Source: Dimargaris cristalligena (taxonomy: Eukaryota). From it: a stretch of 34,735 bases of DNA. The stretch spans positions 1 to 34,735 of the forward strand of contig ML002387.1 in assembly GCA_003614675.1 (NCBI GenBank), read 5' to 3'. Of the stretch, positions 1 through 10,859 are shown in pieces (within the stretch, counting starts at the first letter, position 1; the number at the start of each line of letters is the position of its first letter). A model generated the notes under the pieces. That model had not been told where the DNA came from, did not search any database, and saw nothing but the letters and a program-made list of their open reading frames with translations. Made by a program: the position numbers and the translations under genes.

Positions 1-1181
1 AGGGGGAAATGCTTCTGATTGCTGGCCATTATTGTACTACGTAGATGATGGCTCCCGCTAAACCCTACCAGTCCCAATTAACCACCGACCAGATTATCGT
101 CTAGATATAGCATAGCAATGGCCCAAATTCTGCCTACCCCTAAAAGGAAAGGGAAAATTTTCTGGCTTTTGGCCATGGAATTAGACCTATGGGTTGGCCG
201 GGACTTCTTGATAATCATTCAAGTACAATAGTGATCGGACATGTAGATTAAAAATCACCAACAGTTTACTTTTGTAATCGGTGGAGACTGGGGAGCGGAA
301 TGGCAAGTCTGGATGGTCCATAATCTAGTGGCTGTGCCATGTTTTCATAAGTTCGATGGTAAGCTGGTATCCTGGAGTAATATTTACACCACTGCAGTCA
401 CCATAATTCTTAAGAATATCCCTACTGCTTTTGGATCGCAGATATACATCATGGGGGGGGGGGTTCATTAGTTGGGCAGAAGTCCTCCACTCATTTGCTG
501 TGCTATGGCTTTGCCATCTACCTAGCCCGTGGGGTGCTTCCTAGGCTTATGTTTAGGTAACTGGTGGACATTTACTGGACAATAGGATAATCTTAAAGGT
601 GAAGGGGCGAATGCTAAAGACCCTAAATATATAAGGTAACAGTTCAATCTAAACTAACGGAAAGGCTTGTTTGGTGCCTCCAGTCTAGAAGGACACTATT
701 GCAGGCGGCTACCATGGTATATTCCTAATACCATTGATGTTCAGGTGAAATCCAACCCAATTACATGCAGATTTAAGTGACATGCATATGGGTGAACTTC
801 GACCTGTTGTATAGGATCTTAACTGATATATGTAGGGGGAAATAAGCGGGAAATTCATTTTCAACCACTGATGTTTGCCTCATCCAACGTATATTTGGTT
901 ATATAGCCTGGTAGAACTTCTCCTATATTATTTAAATATTTCTAGCGAAGAGTTAAGTCTTTATTGGCGAGTGCTTTTATAGAACAAGTGCTTCAGCATC
1001 ACCAATGGCTCCGTTACACGTGATACATACAGGCATGTGTATATACAAAATACTAAAATGAATTTTAAGAAAACTGTATAATTTTTGGAATGAAGGGGTT
1101 GGAGAATTGGCGAACTGGATTCTCTTTACGAATTAGATTAGTACCCGTGCGGATAATGTGGGAAGATTGGTGCAGTGAGAC

Positions 1182-1906
1182 TTATTTAAGCCCGAAGAGG
1201 GTAGTACCGGCGCGATCCAAGTATTCCTGAAAGATGGGAGAAGTGTAATGGTAGGGCAATGATCAGACGAGACAAGTGCTATTGGTTCAGTAAGTAGTAT
1301 AATTATTTGATGGTATTATAGACACCGGATACTACTGGCTATGCCAAAGAGATAGGGCTATTCCCAGTCGGCAATTATAGTTGATGTATCTTCAACAATA
1401 AACCAAATCGCGTCGGTTCAATTGGCTAATGGATTTACATAATGTATGTGTGTGTGTGTATACACGTTAGATAAATAGAGACAAATCATAGCATTGCTGG
1501 TTTAAAACTTACATAAGTAACGAACAGTACGGCGTTGGAAGGGGCTGCGCGTAAAAGGGTAATCCCACATCCCCGGTAGAGGGCCCGCACTCCCCCTCCT
1601 TGGTACAGGGTCCGCCCGATTTGCCACATACTCACTCGGGAGGGGGACAACCCCGCCGCCCCGCCTCCAAGGGCTGCCGGAACGGGGCGCCGATCGGTAG
1701 TGAATTCGGCCGCAGTTTGGATTTGCGATTTGATGACATCCACCGGATACAACACGATATTGTAAGCCACCCCCGCCCCGGCCCCGGCTACGATCAGTTC
1801 GGGTAGGGTAAGGTCCCGCTTACCCCAGACCCGGGGAGGAGCTGAAGAATATGAAGAAGGTGGCGGCGACGATGGTACTAATGGTGCTGCCAAAAAAGAC
1901 GACGAC

Positions 1907-1939
<33 letters not shown>

Positions 1940-2727
1940 GAGGAAGAGGAAGAAGAAGCGGATAGTAATGTTGTTGCTGTTGAAATGTCCTTGGTAACAA
2001 GATTATGTTGGAGATAGTGTTCCGCCTTCCGGCGAAGAAAATACCGGGTAATGATTTCGTAAGCCCCGAACCAAGCGGCCCCCCCACCGGCTTCCCGAAT
2101 CAATGTGGGCGTGAATCCCCGGAAAAATCCCCGGATACCGGATTGGGCGAAAATGTCCCAGGCCATGGCGGCGGAACCCTTTGGAATCGTAGTAGTAGTA
2201 GTTACTCTTGGGCCGGAGGAGGTCATCATACTATGAGCACTACCAACAACACCACCACTGCCAATGGTTTGGACCTGGACCCGGCATTTTACTAATTCAA
2301 TGGGCGTCAATACCCCCGCGGCACAAACACCGGCTAGGGCTCCCGCCAGGATCACCCGACGCATAGGCGTATCCTGATCCTCGAGCTGGATATCCCCTCC
2401 CTCGCCAACGACCGAAGAGGATAAGGGTGAGGCCGAGGTTGGGGTTGGGGATGGAGTTAACTGCCCCTTAAACCAGCCGTACGTATAAAACAAGACCGAA
2501 TTTTCCAGCATAGCCCCTAATACCGGTGAGGCAACGCCCCGGTACAAACCACGCATGCCTTCGCGTTGGACCGTGGTGGTTACACAATCCCAAGGGCCTT
2601 TGAACCAGGGACGATCGGCGGGCTGTGCCTGGAGGCGGACCTTGACCGTGTCGAAGGGGTATTCGACCAATTTCGCGGCCACGCCCGACAGGGAACCGTA
2701 CACGATCGCGGTGGCGTCGGCGCTCAT
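1182..2727 (-). CDS. ORT1: Mitochondrial carrier (SLC25), ornithine/amino-acid carrier-like; exons 2727-1513 and 1226-1182
   Basis: Three carrier signatures: PFDTVKVRLQ, PIELVKCRVQ, PVDVIKSQIQ. Also EGMRGLYRG, ENSVLF and LLRAAPSNAVLF. Likely start MSADATA at 2727. A GTAAGT donor at 1512 and TTTCAG acceptor at 1227 give the C-terminus ...VTY|EYLDRAGTTLFGLK*. The ORT1/arg-13 subfamily call is by recognition and is less certain than the family call. Confidence 0.9.
1898..1957. repeat. (GAC)n/(GAT)n/(GAA)n trinucleotide tract encoding poly-Ser in the carrier
   Basis: gacgacgacgatgatgat...gaagaggaagaggaagaagaa on +; reads as a ~20-residue Ser run on -. Confidence 0.95.
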
Positions 2728-3081
2728 TTTGGGGGGGAAGGTACGGGAGCGAAGGAGGAAAAGGGTTAGTGGACGAGGGAAACCCCTACAGTAAATGGAG
2801 ATATGTATATATATACTAGATAGGCAGGAGAGACTCCCTAACGGTGTAGTGGTATGGGGCAGGCGCAATGGTCGAGGTATATTGCCGAAGTGGGCAAGGG
2901 TAGCAAAAACCGGTTCGGACGGGCAGGGTAATACGTAAAGGAAGGTTAGAAACAAGTCACCACGGTACTATATATACTGAATGACAACGCTATTAATAAA
3001 TATATATATTTAATAAAAGAAAGGCCCGTCCGGTTAGAATGGGGAGGAGAGAAAGAAGGGTTTAAGAACCTCTCAGACGAC

Positions 3082-3104
3082 AGTAGTAGTAGTAGTAGTA
3101 GTAG
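3082..3104. repeat. (AGT)n microsatellite
   Basis: agtagtagtagtagtagtagtag seen directly. Confidence 0.9.
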
Positions 3105-3218
3105 TTAATAGTAGTGGTTGTAGGGTGCCTCTCCCCCCAACTGATAAATCAAATCAAATTGGGGAAATGGGGGTGCTTTCACCTTACCCTCCCTCTCCCT
3201 CCATACCCCAATCCCGCA

Positions 3219-3443
3219 TTATTGTAGTTGCTTTACTGAAGGGGATGTTGTGGATAGGAAAGTCCTTGTTTGGTTTCGCGGATCATAATACTCAGCCAAA
3301 TGGGCTTTAACAAAAGAGATGACCATGGGTATCGTCGCTCTGTTCTTCTGACTCTCAAGTAGTACAGCCAGTTTATCCCATAGGATGTACTCCCTAATTG
3401 CTGGTCTCTCTTTTATACATGGCAGCTCCTCCTTTTCAGACAT
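3219..3443 (-). CDS. Candidate small protein (74 aa), function unknown
   Basis: True ATG ORF MSEKEELPCIKERPAIREYILWDKLAVLLE... It is preceded by a well-formed putative intron (GTAAGT at 3557, CTGAT branch, TATTAG ending at 3453) that ends 9 nt before the ATG. No family recognised. Confidence 0.3.
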   Translation of the reverse strand: MSEKEELPCIKERPAIREYILWDKLAVLLESQKNRATIPMVISFVKAHLAEYYDPRNQTRTFLSTTSPSVKQLQ

Positions 3444-4053
3444 TGGTTGGGGCTAATATAATACTTAAAGGCCCTAATCAGAATTATAAAGGATATATTG
3501 GGCTTTATATTTCATACTGACAAGGGTAACGCAAATCGCAATTAAAGAGAAACTTACAACTATCGCGCTATATAGTAACTAAGTATAGGATAATGGGAAT
3601 GGGGAAGGAGAGTGAGAATGGGGAACGAGAGTGAGAGTGAGAGGGGGGCATTGGTGAATCAGCAAATATTGGAGGATGGGTAGCAGAATAATCCATCAAA
3701 CCAAAGTGATCCGTAGATGAAAAATGGATGGGTGGGCGAGAGTGATGATCAGGCACTGTAAAAGGGCTTAGTAGAAAAATATAATACCAGTATAAGAGGA
3801 TGGATAATGCGGTTACTGCTATTACGACGGCACTGACAAGGCTAGACCAACGGGTGGGGTGAGGAGGAGAGGCGCTATTGCAACAGTCGATAAATAGGCC
3901 GGTCAGATTTGACCGAAAAATCGATGATCCAGCAGATTACTGGGGTCATCTCCCGTGGTCTCAAGGCTGGCTAATCGATCCTCCATAACTAACATTACTC
4001 GCTCCATGTATTCTTAATCCCGGGTCGCTCCCTACGCAGGGCCATAGGCCAAA

Positions 4054-7000
4054 TTAAAAGGGGGCGAATTTTGGATTCGATTGCCACATGTTAATTTTAC
4101 GGCAATGGTCTGCCCAGATATCGTACCCAGCCGCCGACAGCAAGTCAACGTACCGCTTCTCCACTTTCGCCAAATCAGCACTAGTGCTGGAATTGACCGT
4201 GGCCTTGGACAAATAGTTCCGGACGGCTTCCCAGGCTGTGGCATAGCGTCCCGCGCGCTCCTCCATCTCCACAAAGATGAACAGGGCATTCGTATCGGCT
4301 AAGGGGTCCTCCTTCCAGCGTAAGAGTTCGGCATAGGTGTCCTTCAACTGCTGTTGGTAATCGGGGCCGGAGGTCGACGACGATGGTGGCCGCTGGTCGG
4401 AGTTCGAGGAAGTTGACGCTTCGGCAGTAGTAGTCGCCGCCGCCGCTACGGTGGAGTACTTGGGGTTGGTTAAGCGCAGAAGGGCCTGTACTTGGGTGCG
4501 GTAGGTCTTAATGAGCGACTGGGACTTCTTGCGGGCTTCACTCTGCTCTTCCTTGAAAGAACTGGAAGGATGGGCCGGCTTGAGACCATGCAACACTTGG
4601 CTCAGCTCGGCCGGCTTGAGTTCGTCAATAACCCGTTGGGCTCGTTGCAGGACATCTTCGTCGGTGAGAGGAGGCGCTTTCTCCTGATCGTCTTTGGTGT
4701 CCTTGTCTGCTGATCTCACCTCAGCACCCGAGGCCTCAGTATCCGTGGTCTTCGTCTCGGTATCTACATCAGCATCGACATCGGTCTCGGTATTGGACTT
4801 CGGCTTGGTCTTCTTAGCCCAGGTCGCCTCGGCGTCTTCAACCGCCTTTTCCAGCTGGTATTCCAAGTATGGTAGGTAGGTAGGGCACTTACTGTCGAGT
4901 TCCGCTCGGATGGTCTGGCTCAGCTGAGTGTCCTTGGCCTTCTTCAGCCACTGGAGCAAATGCTTCCACAGGTCCTCCTCGTAGGACTGGGCCTCCGACT
5001 TGGTCTCGGCCGCCTTATTGGATGCGCCGTCGCCGCTAGGCGTATCGGCGTCCTTCTTGCCAGCCTCCCCTTCGGTGGGTTCGGTTGAATTAGGGTCCGC
5101 ACCAGTAGACGGTTTAGGGGAGTTGGGGGATGAGGTTGTAGATTTAACACCAGCGGTCTTGGTGGCGGTGGAGGCCGAGGAACTATCAGTGGCGCCGTTA
5201 TCGTCGGGGGTTTTTCCGCTGCCCGATGCCGATGTCGGAGGCAAAGTGACTATAACCGGGAACTGGGCGCTACAACCCGACTTAGTGGTGAAGCTGATGT
5301 ACCCACTCAAAATATCCCCGGGCTGTGCTACGCTAGGCGTCGAAAACCCGTAAGAGACCACACTGACCGGCGTCGTTTGGCCCTTCTCCGAGGAGAAAGC
5401 TACATTACCACCCCCCTCACCGTTACCGTTCAGTCTACTGTTCGGGCCGGACCCCACCACCAGCTTTAAGCCCCCCTTACCGGTAGAGGATGAACCACCG
5501 CCACACCCGCCCATTTTGCCACTTATACCCATGGCCATTTTGAGGGGCACCTCCTTCAATTCCTGCAGTACCTTTAGGGAGGGGTGGCGAACCTGGACCC
5601 GGATAGTGTAATCGCCCTTGGCATTCAGGTGGATGGGCTTGGGGTATATACCCTGATAGGCAATCATTTTCTTACGTACATCAAACACCATGAGGGCGTA
5701 GTTATCCACGGGAGTGTCGTACATGTAATTACAGAACATGTGTAAAAAGAACCAGTAGCTGTTGGATTCGAGGCCTTTAAGTTGGTAGGTCAGGACCAGC
5801 TCCATGACGGGACGCTCGTCCGGCAATTGATCCCGCTCGTCCGAGAGGGGGCGAATCGCCGCATCCGAGGGCTTAAAGTAGCGGATCAGGTTTTCCACCC
5901 GAATATGGCCGCCGTAGATTTCCTGCTGACGAACCGGAGTGGCCACGTCGAATCGGGTGATCCCGGCCCCCGCATCCACGGTAAGGGGAACGGTCATGTA
6001 GGAGGACATACCGTTTAGCGTAATGGAGTAGAAATCCACTTCCAAGGATACTTGGTGGGTGCCGAAACCCGACCAGAATTGGCTGAGGCACAACTCCACG
6101 GTTCCTTCGCCCGCCAATTTGACCAGCCACCGCATGCGATCCTCTTCCCCCTGACCCTGCCCGGCACTGCCCTTGAACAAAAGATTGACCGACCGTAGAC
6201 CGAGGAAATTGAAGCGACGACCGGGGCGCAGTTGGGTGACGTGCAGGTCGAACCGGGCCGGCGGACTGGGGGTGTTATGGTGCGTGACTAGCCGGATTAA
6301 GGCACCAGTGGCTCCGGCGGGGACTTCCATGAAACGGCGCTCAATCTGGGCACATTTCATGGTGATGTTATCGAACACCACGGTCGCCGACGAGTCCACC
6401 GCCTGGGGCTTACAGATCGTGACGGGAATCGAGAAGAGCGGGCCGCGGGCCACGCACTTGGCATCGTAGCCGAGCACCTCCGTAAAGTAGAAACGACCCG
6501 CAGTCAGTTGGGTAGGGTCCACCATCACCGAGAAGCTGATGCCGCCATTATTGAGGTATACAAACTCAGGGATCTGAACGTAGGATGCGGAGCAGACCAA
6601 TGTGACCCGCTTCTCAAATTGGAACTGTTCCTGGAAGCGACGTTCGGCCGCGGCCTCGTTGTTGGGATCTTCTAGATCCATATAGCCAGGAGTCACCATG
6701 ACGGTGGCGTAGTAGGGGGCCGTCATGTGAGCCGGTTCCCGCAGGTAGATACCGCGAGCACTGCCCTTGGTCAGTTTGACCCAGAAGGAAATGTCCTGGC
6801 TCGAATCATCCCGGAACTGCTCCAGGTATTTCCAGGCCTCGTCCACTTGGATAAAGCCCACATTGAAGGGATCGTCGATGGACTTGGCCGAGTTCTTGAT
6901 GGCATTCTTGACCCGGTACGGGGTGTAGGAGCGCTGGTTAGCCTTCAGAGCCGACACCAGTAGTGCAATGCACCCACAGCAGTTGGGGGATGACATGGAA

Positions 7001-9896
7001 GTGCCGTTGAGAAGATTACTCCGCTTACAGGTGTACGCAGGGTAGCTGGTGATGGCACTGCCGGGTGCGTAAATGTCGACCCCGACGTCACCATCCGGCG
7101 TAGGCCCACGGGAGGTCCAGGTGAAGGGCGTCTCGGGGGCGTATTCCAGCAGACTGTATTCCGACAGCATCTGGCTGTGGCCCACGTATGCTCCGACACC
7201 GATAATATCAGTGGTTGTACCGCCGGGACAGCCGGTGGTGCTAAGGCCGGGCCCTTCGTTACCAGCACTAGCCACAAAGATACAGCCAAAGCGGCCAATG
7301 ACCTCGTCCCGGACCATATTGACGAAGTACCCGTCGTCGGCCTTGGTGGTAGGCTCACCATAACTCATATTGGCCAGATCGCAGCGGTTCTGGATCAGTG
7401 CCATGGCGGCGCGCGACACACCGGCGCCGGTCTCCATGGAGGATATCCGATGGTCACCGATCTTCAGGGAGATGATCTGGGCACCGGGAGCCACTCCGTT
7501 GATCTCGGGTTCATCGGGGTGGTTCGCCGCAGCAATTGCGGCCACGTGGGTACCGTGGTAGCCGGCCGTGGTGACGATACTCAGGACATCGCCACCGTCG
7601 TATATCTTGACCGATACGGACATTTGGTCTTTGGGGGAGAGCATCTGGTAATCCCGATTGATCTTATAGTCCCGCATTGGAGTAGCACCCCGCAAATCTT
7701 CCGACCCGTCGGGGTTGAAAACGACGGCCCAGTCCTCGCCATCCAGGAACATGATGCAGTCCATCATACACCCAGGGTCGACATAGTCAGCCATGGTAGA
7801 TTGCAGCAACTGTACCCGCTTTAGGAGCTCAGCCTGGGTTTTCTCGTCTTCCTCGGACAGCTTAGCTCCCCCGTTGGAAACCGAAGGATGTGCGACCTGC
7901 CAGTTGTTGAGAGCCAGCTGCTCCTTGGCCAAGAGCTGATTATTTTTAATGATCATGCGGGCGCGGCTTTCTTTCCGGAGGGTGTCGGCCAGACGCGGGG
8001 GGTACAGATCGTACAACGACTTCATTCCCACGCGGAACTCCTGGCCTTCCTTGGCCCACCGATCGGATAGCAGGAGAGTGCGGCCGGTGAGGCCCTGGAG
8101 GGTCAGTTCTTCTTTTCCGGCAGTCGTACGGGAGACTGCTTTGACGCGCTTATCCATGATGACATCACCTGCAAGAGTTCGGGGTGGCATTGCAAAACGA
8201 GAAAGAGAAAAAAAAAGAGTATATTAATATATGCATACATGCGTGGTTAGTGACCTTGTTTCACATGGATATGCGAGGTCAATCGCGTCCAAAGATGGTA
8301 ATTATAAAGGTGGTATGGGGGATTCAGTAGGCCTCATATTCGGTTTATTGGGAGGACTATCATGCACAAAACCAGCTATGAGATATGACGAGGGCTACTA
8401 GAGCCGAACTAGTGGGTGGCTTACCTGATCCGGTACAGTCGATAATATCAATGATCTTGGGCTTGCCATCGGTTGTAACCTAGCGACCAATTAAAAAGGT
8501 GTGGACGGAAAGGATGATTCGATAATGGCAACACTTTGGGTTAGAGCTAGCGGCCAGGGCAACAGCCGTGTGGAACAACAGCTGTTTGAACAATACACCG
8601 TTTCCATGGATATCGAATAGAGAGACGTGCCGCTCCCCACCCACCAGTCATGGTACAAGCAGCGTCGGTTTCTACCCCCTGGAAAACAGACATGGGTGAT
8701 GACAAATACCAGCATCATGTGGATAGGCAGATAGGCGGACAATGAGGGACGTGGGTAGTCGGCTATGGTTGGGGGTTCACCGAAGGGAACTGATCAAATC
8801 CCCTCACTCCTGAGAGTCGTTACCCACGCACCGTCGCCTCAAAAGGGCATACTAATAATACAAGGTACGGTGGGAAAGGGCAACACTCCAAACAGGGATT
8901 GTACACAGTGAACAAGCACCAGATTTCAATCGGAGTTGATCGTAGAGACAGACCATTTATAAGGGATACCGGGGTCCAAATCGAATCTCCGGCCTTTTAT
9001 CTTCCCAGCGGCTTGGAGCCCGGGATAACCCGATCTGTTCCCCACGTAGGCAGCGTTGACAGGTTCCCCCACCCTCTCAATGCATCGAGTTGCAAAGTCC
9101 CAGGATCCTGGGACCTTGGCTGCGCCGGTTTCAGAAATGACCCACCAGTCCACGACAGCCAATCCACCACAGCCCATATAATTAAAAGCAGAATAATAAA
9201 GGTGTGCTGATGATTTACCTGGAGACCATGGGCAGCCGGGTCAACACCCGTGTCCAAAATGGCAATCACGGTGCCTCTACCGTCGTATTCGGGGTATTTT
9301 TTCATGAAGGCCTCCGCTTGGGTTTCCTGCGCAGGGGATAGATTAGTGGGGGAATGGCCAAGGTGGTTTAAACAACAGAAGCGGTAGGATAGTAGACAAA
9401 AAAAAAAGATGACAGGAGGGCGGGGTTAGCGCGAGGCGAAAATGCACAGGAAAAGGGCATCGATGGTCCAAATCGATCGACCGAAGAAAATGAGCTGAAA
9501 AGGACTGCTCTACTCTCCCATCCCAGAGGGGTTAACCGACGGCCTCCCCTACTCCAAATTAGGTGCCGACAATGAGCGGTTTATAGCAAAGGGGGGACGA
9601 TTGATCTCTTATAGTATTTGTCTCGATTCTTAATAATCCTCTGTGGCCAATAGTGGCCCGGTTTTAGCATATATATATGCATATATCCATGAATCGATGC
9701 CCAGGTGACGACGACTACAGAAGTGTAGGGTAAGAAAAAGGGCCAGTGTGGAAACAGGGCCAATAAATTTGCCAACCGATATATAGATATTATAGCCGCT
9801 ACTTACCATTTTCGGCTGCATACCCCGGACAGGGAATTCCGGGATGGGTTTAACCGGGTGGGATTTAGACCGGTGTAGGGAGAGTGAGTCTGACAT
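4054..9896 (-). CDS. TPP2: Tripeptidyl-peptidase II (subtilisin S8); exons 9896-9807, 9326-9219, 8479-8425, 8168-4054; ~1455 aa
   Basis: Spliced product reads ...[71 protein letters not shown]... Catalytic D (ILDTG), H (HGTHVA), S (GTSMSSP) and oxyanion N (SAGNEG) are present. All junctions are GT-AG and in phase (90+108+55+4115 nt). Confidence 0.96.
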
Positions 9897-10622
9897 GGTG
9901 GGCAGTGACCTGGGTTAGAGGGAGCAGTTTACAAGGGGGATAGTAGGGGGCGGAGTCTCAAAAAAACTAGCGAATGAAAGAACGCAATAGGGAGAGGGGA
10001 GGGGAGAGAGAATGCGTGGACCCCAGATAAAGTCAGCGAAGAGGGCAGGAGGAAACTAGCTAGAATAGGAACAGTATACCGGATGCCGTTGAAGGACGAC
10101 AGAGGGTAGAAGAAAGAGTTTGAGTAAATGGAGTAAGGAAGCGGAGTAAGAAGAGGAAAAGGGGCTTGAAGGAGAGAAGTATAGAAAAGGGGGCAGAGGA
10201 GTCGTTCGAGGGATGGAGGGAGACAAGGAGAGCTCTAATCGGCGAATAGCAGTAGGGGACAAACTACTGAAGAATGACGAGGACCACCAAGTAATTGATA
10301 GATATACGGCGTTTTTAGGCTTTTGGGACCACAAATAAAGCCGGGTGTAGAAAGTGGGAAATCAACCTAACGGGTGTGGCGGAGAGTGATAGAGTATATT
10401 TCCAACACGCTGGGGAACTGTGGTCAAAGTAAGCGGGTGATGAAGGGGCCACACACAATGGGGAGAGTTGCATATATATATATATATATGAGTAAATGTG
10501 TATAAAATGGGAACGGACCCGAGCAGTAGAATGGAGGGGAAGAGGGGAGACAGTCTCGCAATGCTAGCCAATATAATAAACCAATGAACGAACCACTAAT
10601 TAAACAGACTCAGTCGTCTCGT

Positions 10623-10629
10623 TGAGTCA
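10623..10629. promoter_or_regulatory. Perfect AP-1/Gcn4-type site TGAGTCA upstream of TPP2
   Basis: gtTGAGTCAc next to a GC-box-like GGGGCGGG and a (TA)n/TATAA tract at 10658-10674. A second TGACTCA lies at 13971-13977, upstream of the SOD-like gene. Motif match only. Confidence 0.3.
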
Positions 10630-10859
10630 CGAGTGGGGGGCGGGACAGGGCGTACACTATATATATATATATAAGGCAGAAAGAGGGGGGAAGGGCCACG
10701 CCCATTGCATATATCGAATGACTTGGCTGTATGCCGCGCATACAATAACCAGCCATGGCATTAAACTCCTGCCATACGGTGGCCTATACCCCCACTTCTG
10801 AACCCACCCTGCCAATGCTACTTTGCGGCGCCGCGCTGGACCTGCATCATACATTCACT

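Noticed and set aside
2728-2955. 76-aa N-terminal extension of the carrier in the ORF track
   Set aside because: It starts at a non-ATG codon in promoter/UTR-like sequence; carrier homology begins at the ATG at 2727.
3257-3772. GGAAAGTCCTT ... AAGGGCTTAG resembling the RNase P/MRP P4 helix
   Set aside because: No room for P2/P3 between a plausible P1 and CR-I, the CR-V ACA context is missing, and the spacing is long.
4081-8227. Many + strand and alternate-frame ORFs over TPP2 (likewise over AOX, NAPE-PLD, GH17 and the repeat gene)
   Set aside because: Shadow ORFs caused by GC-rich codon usage; no recognisable motifs.
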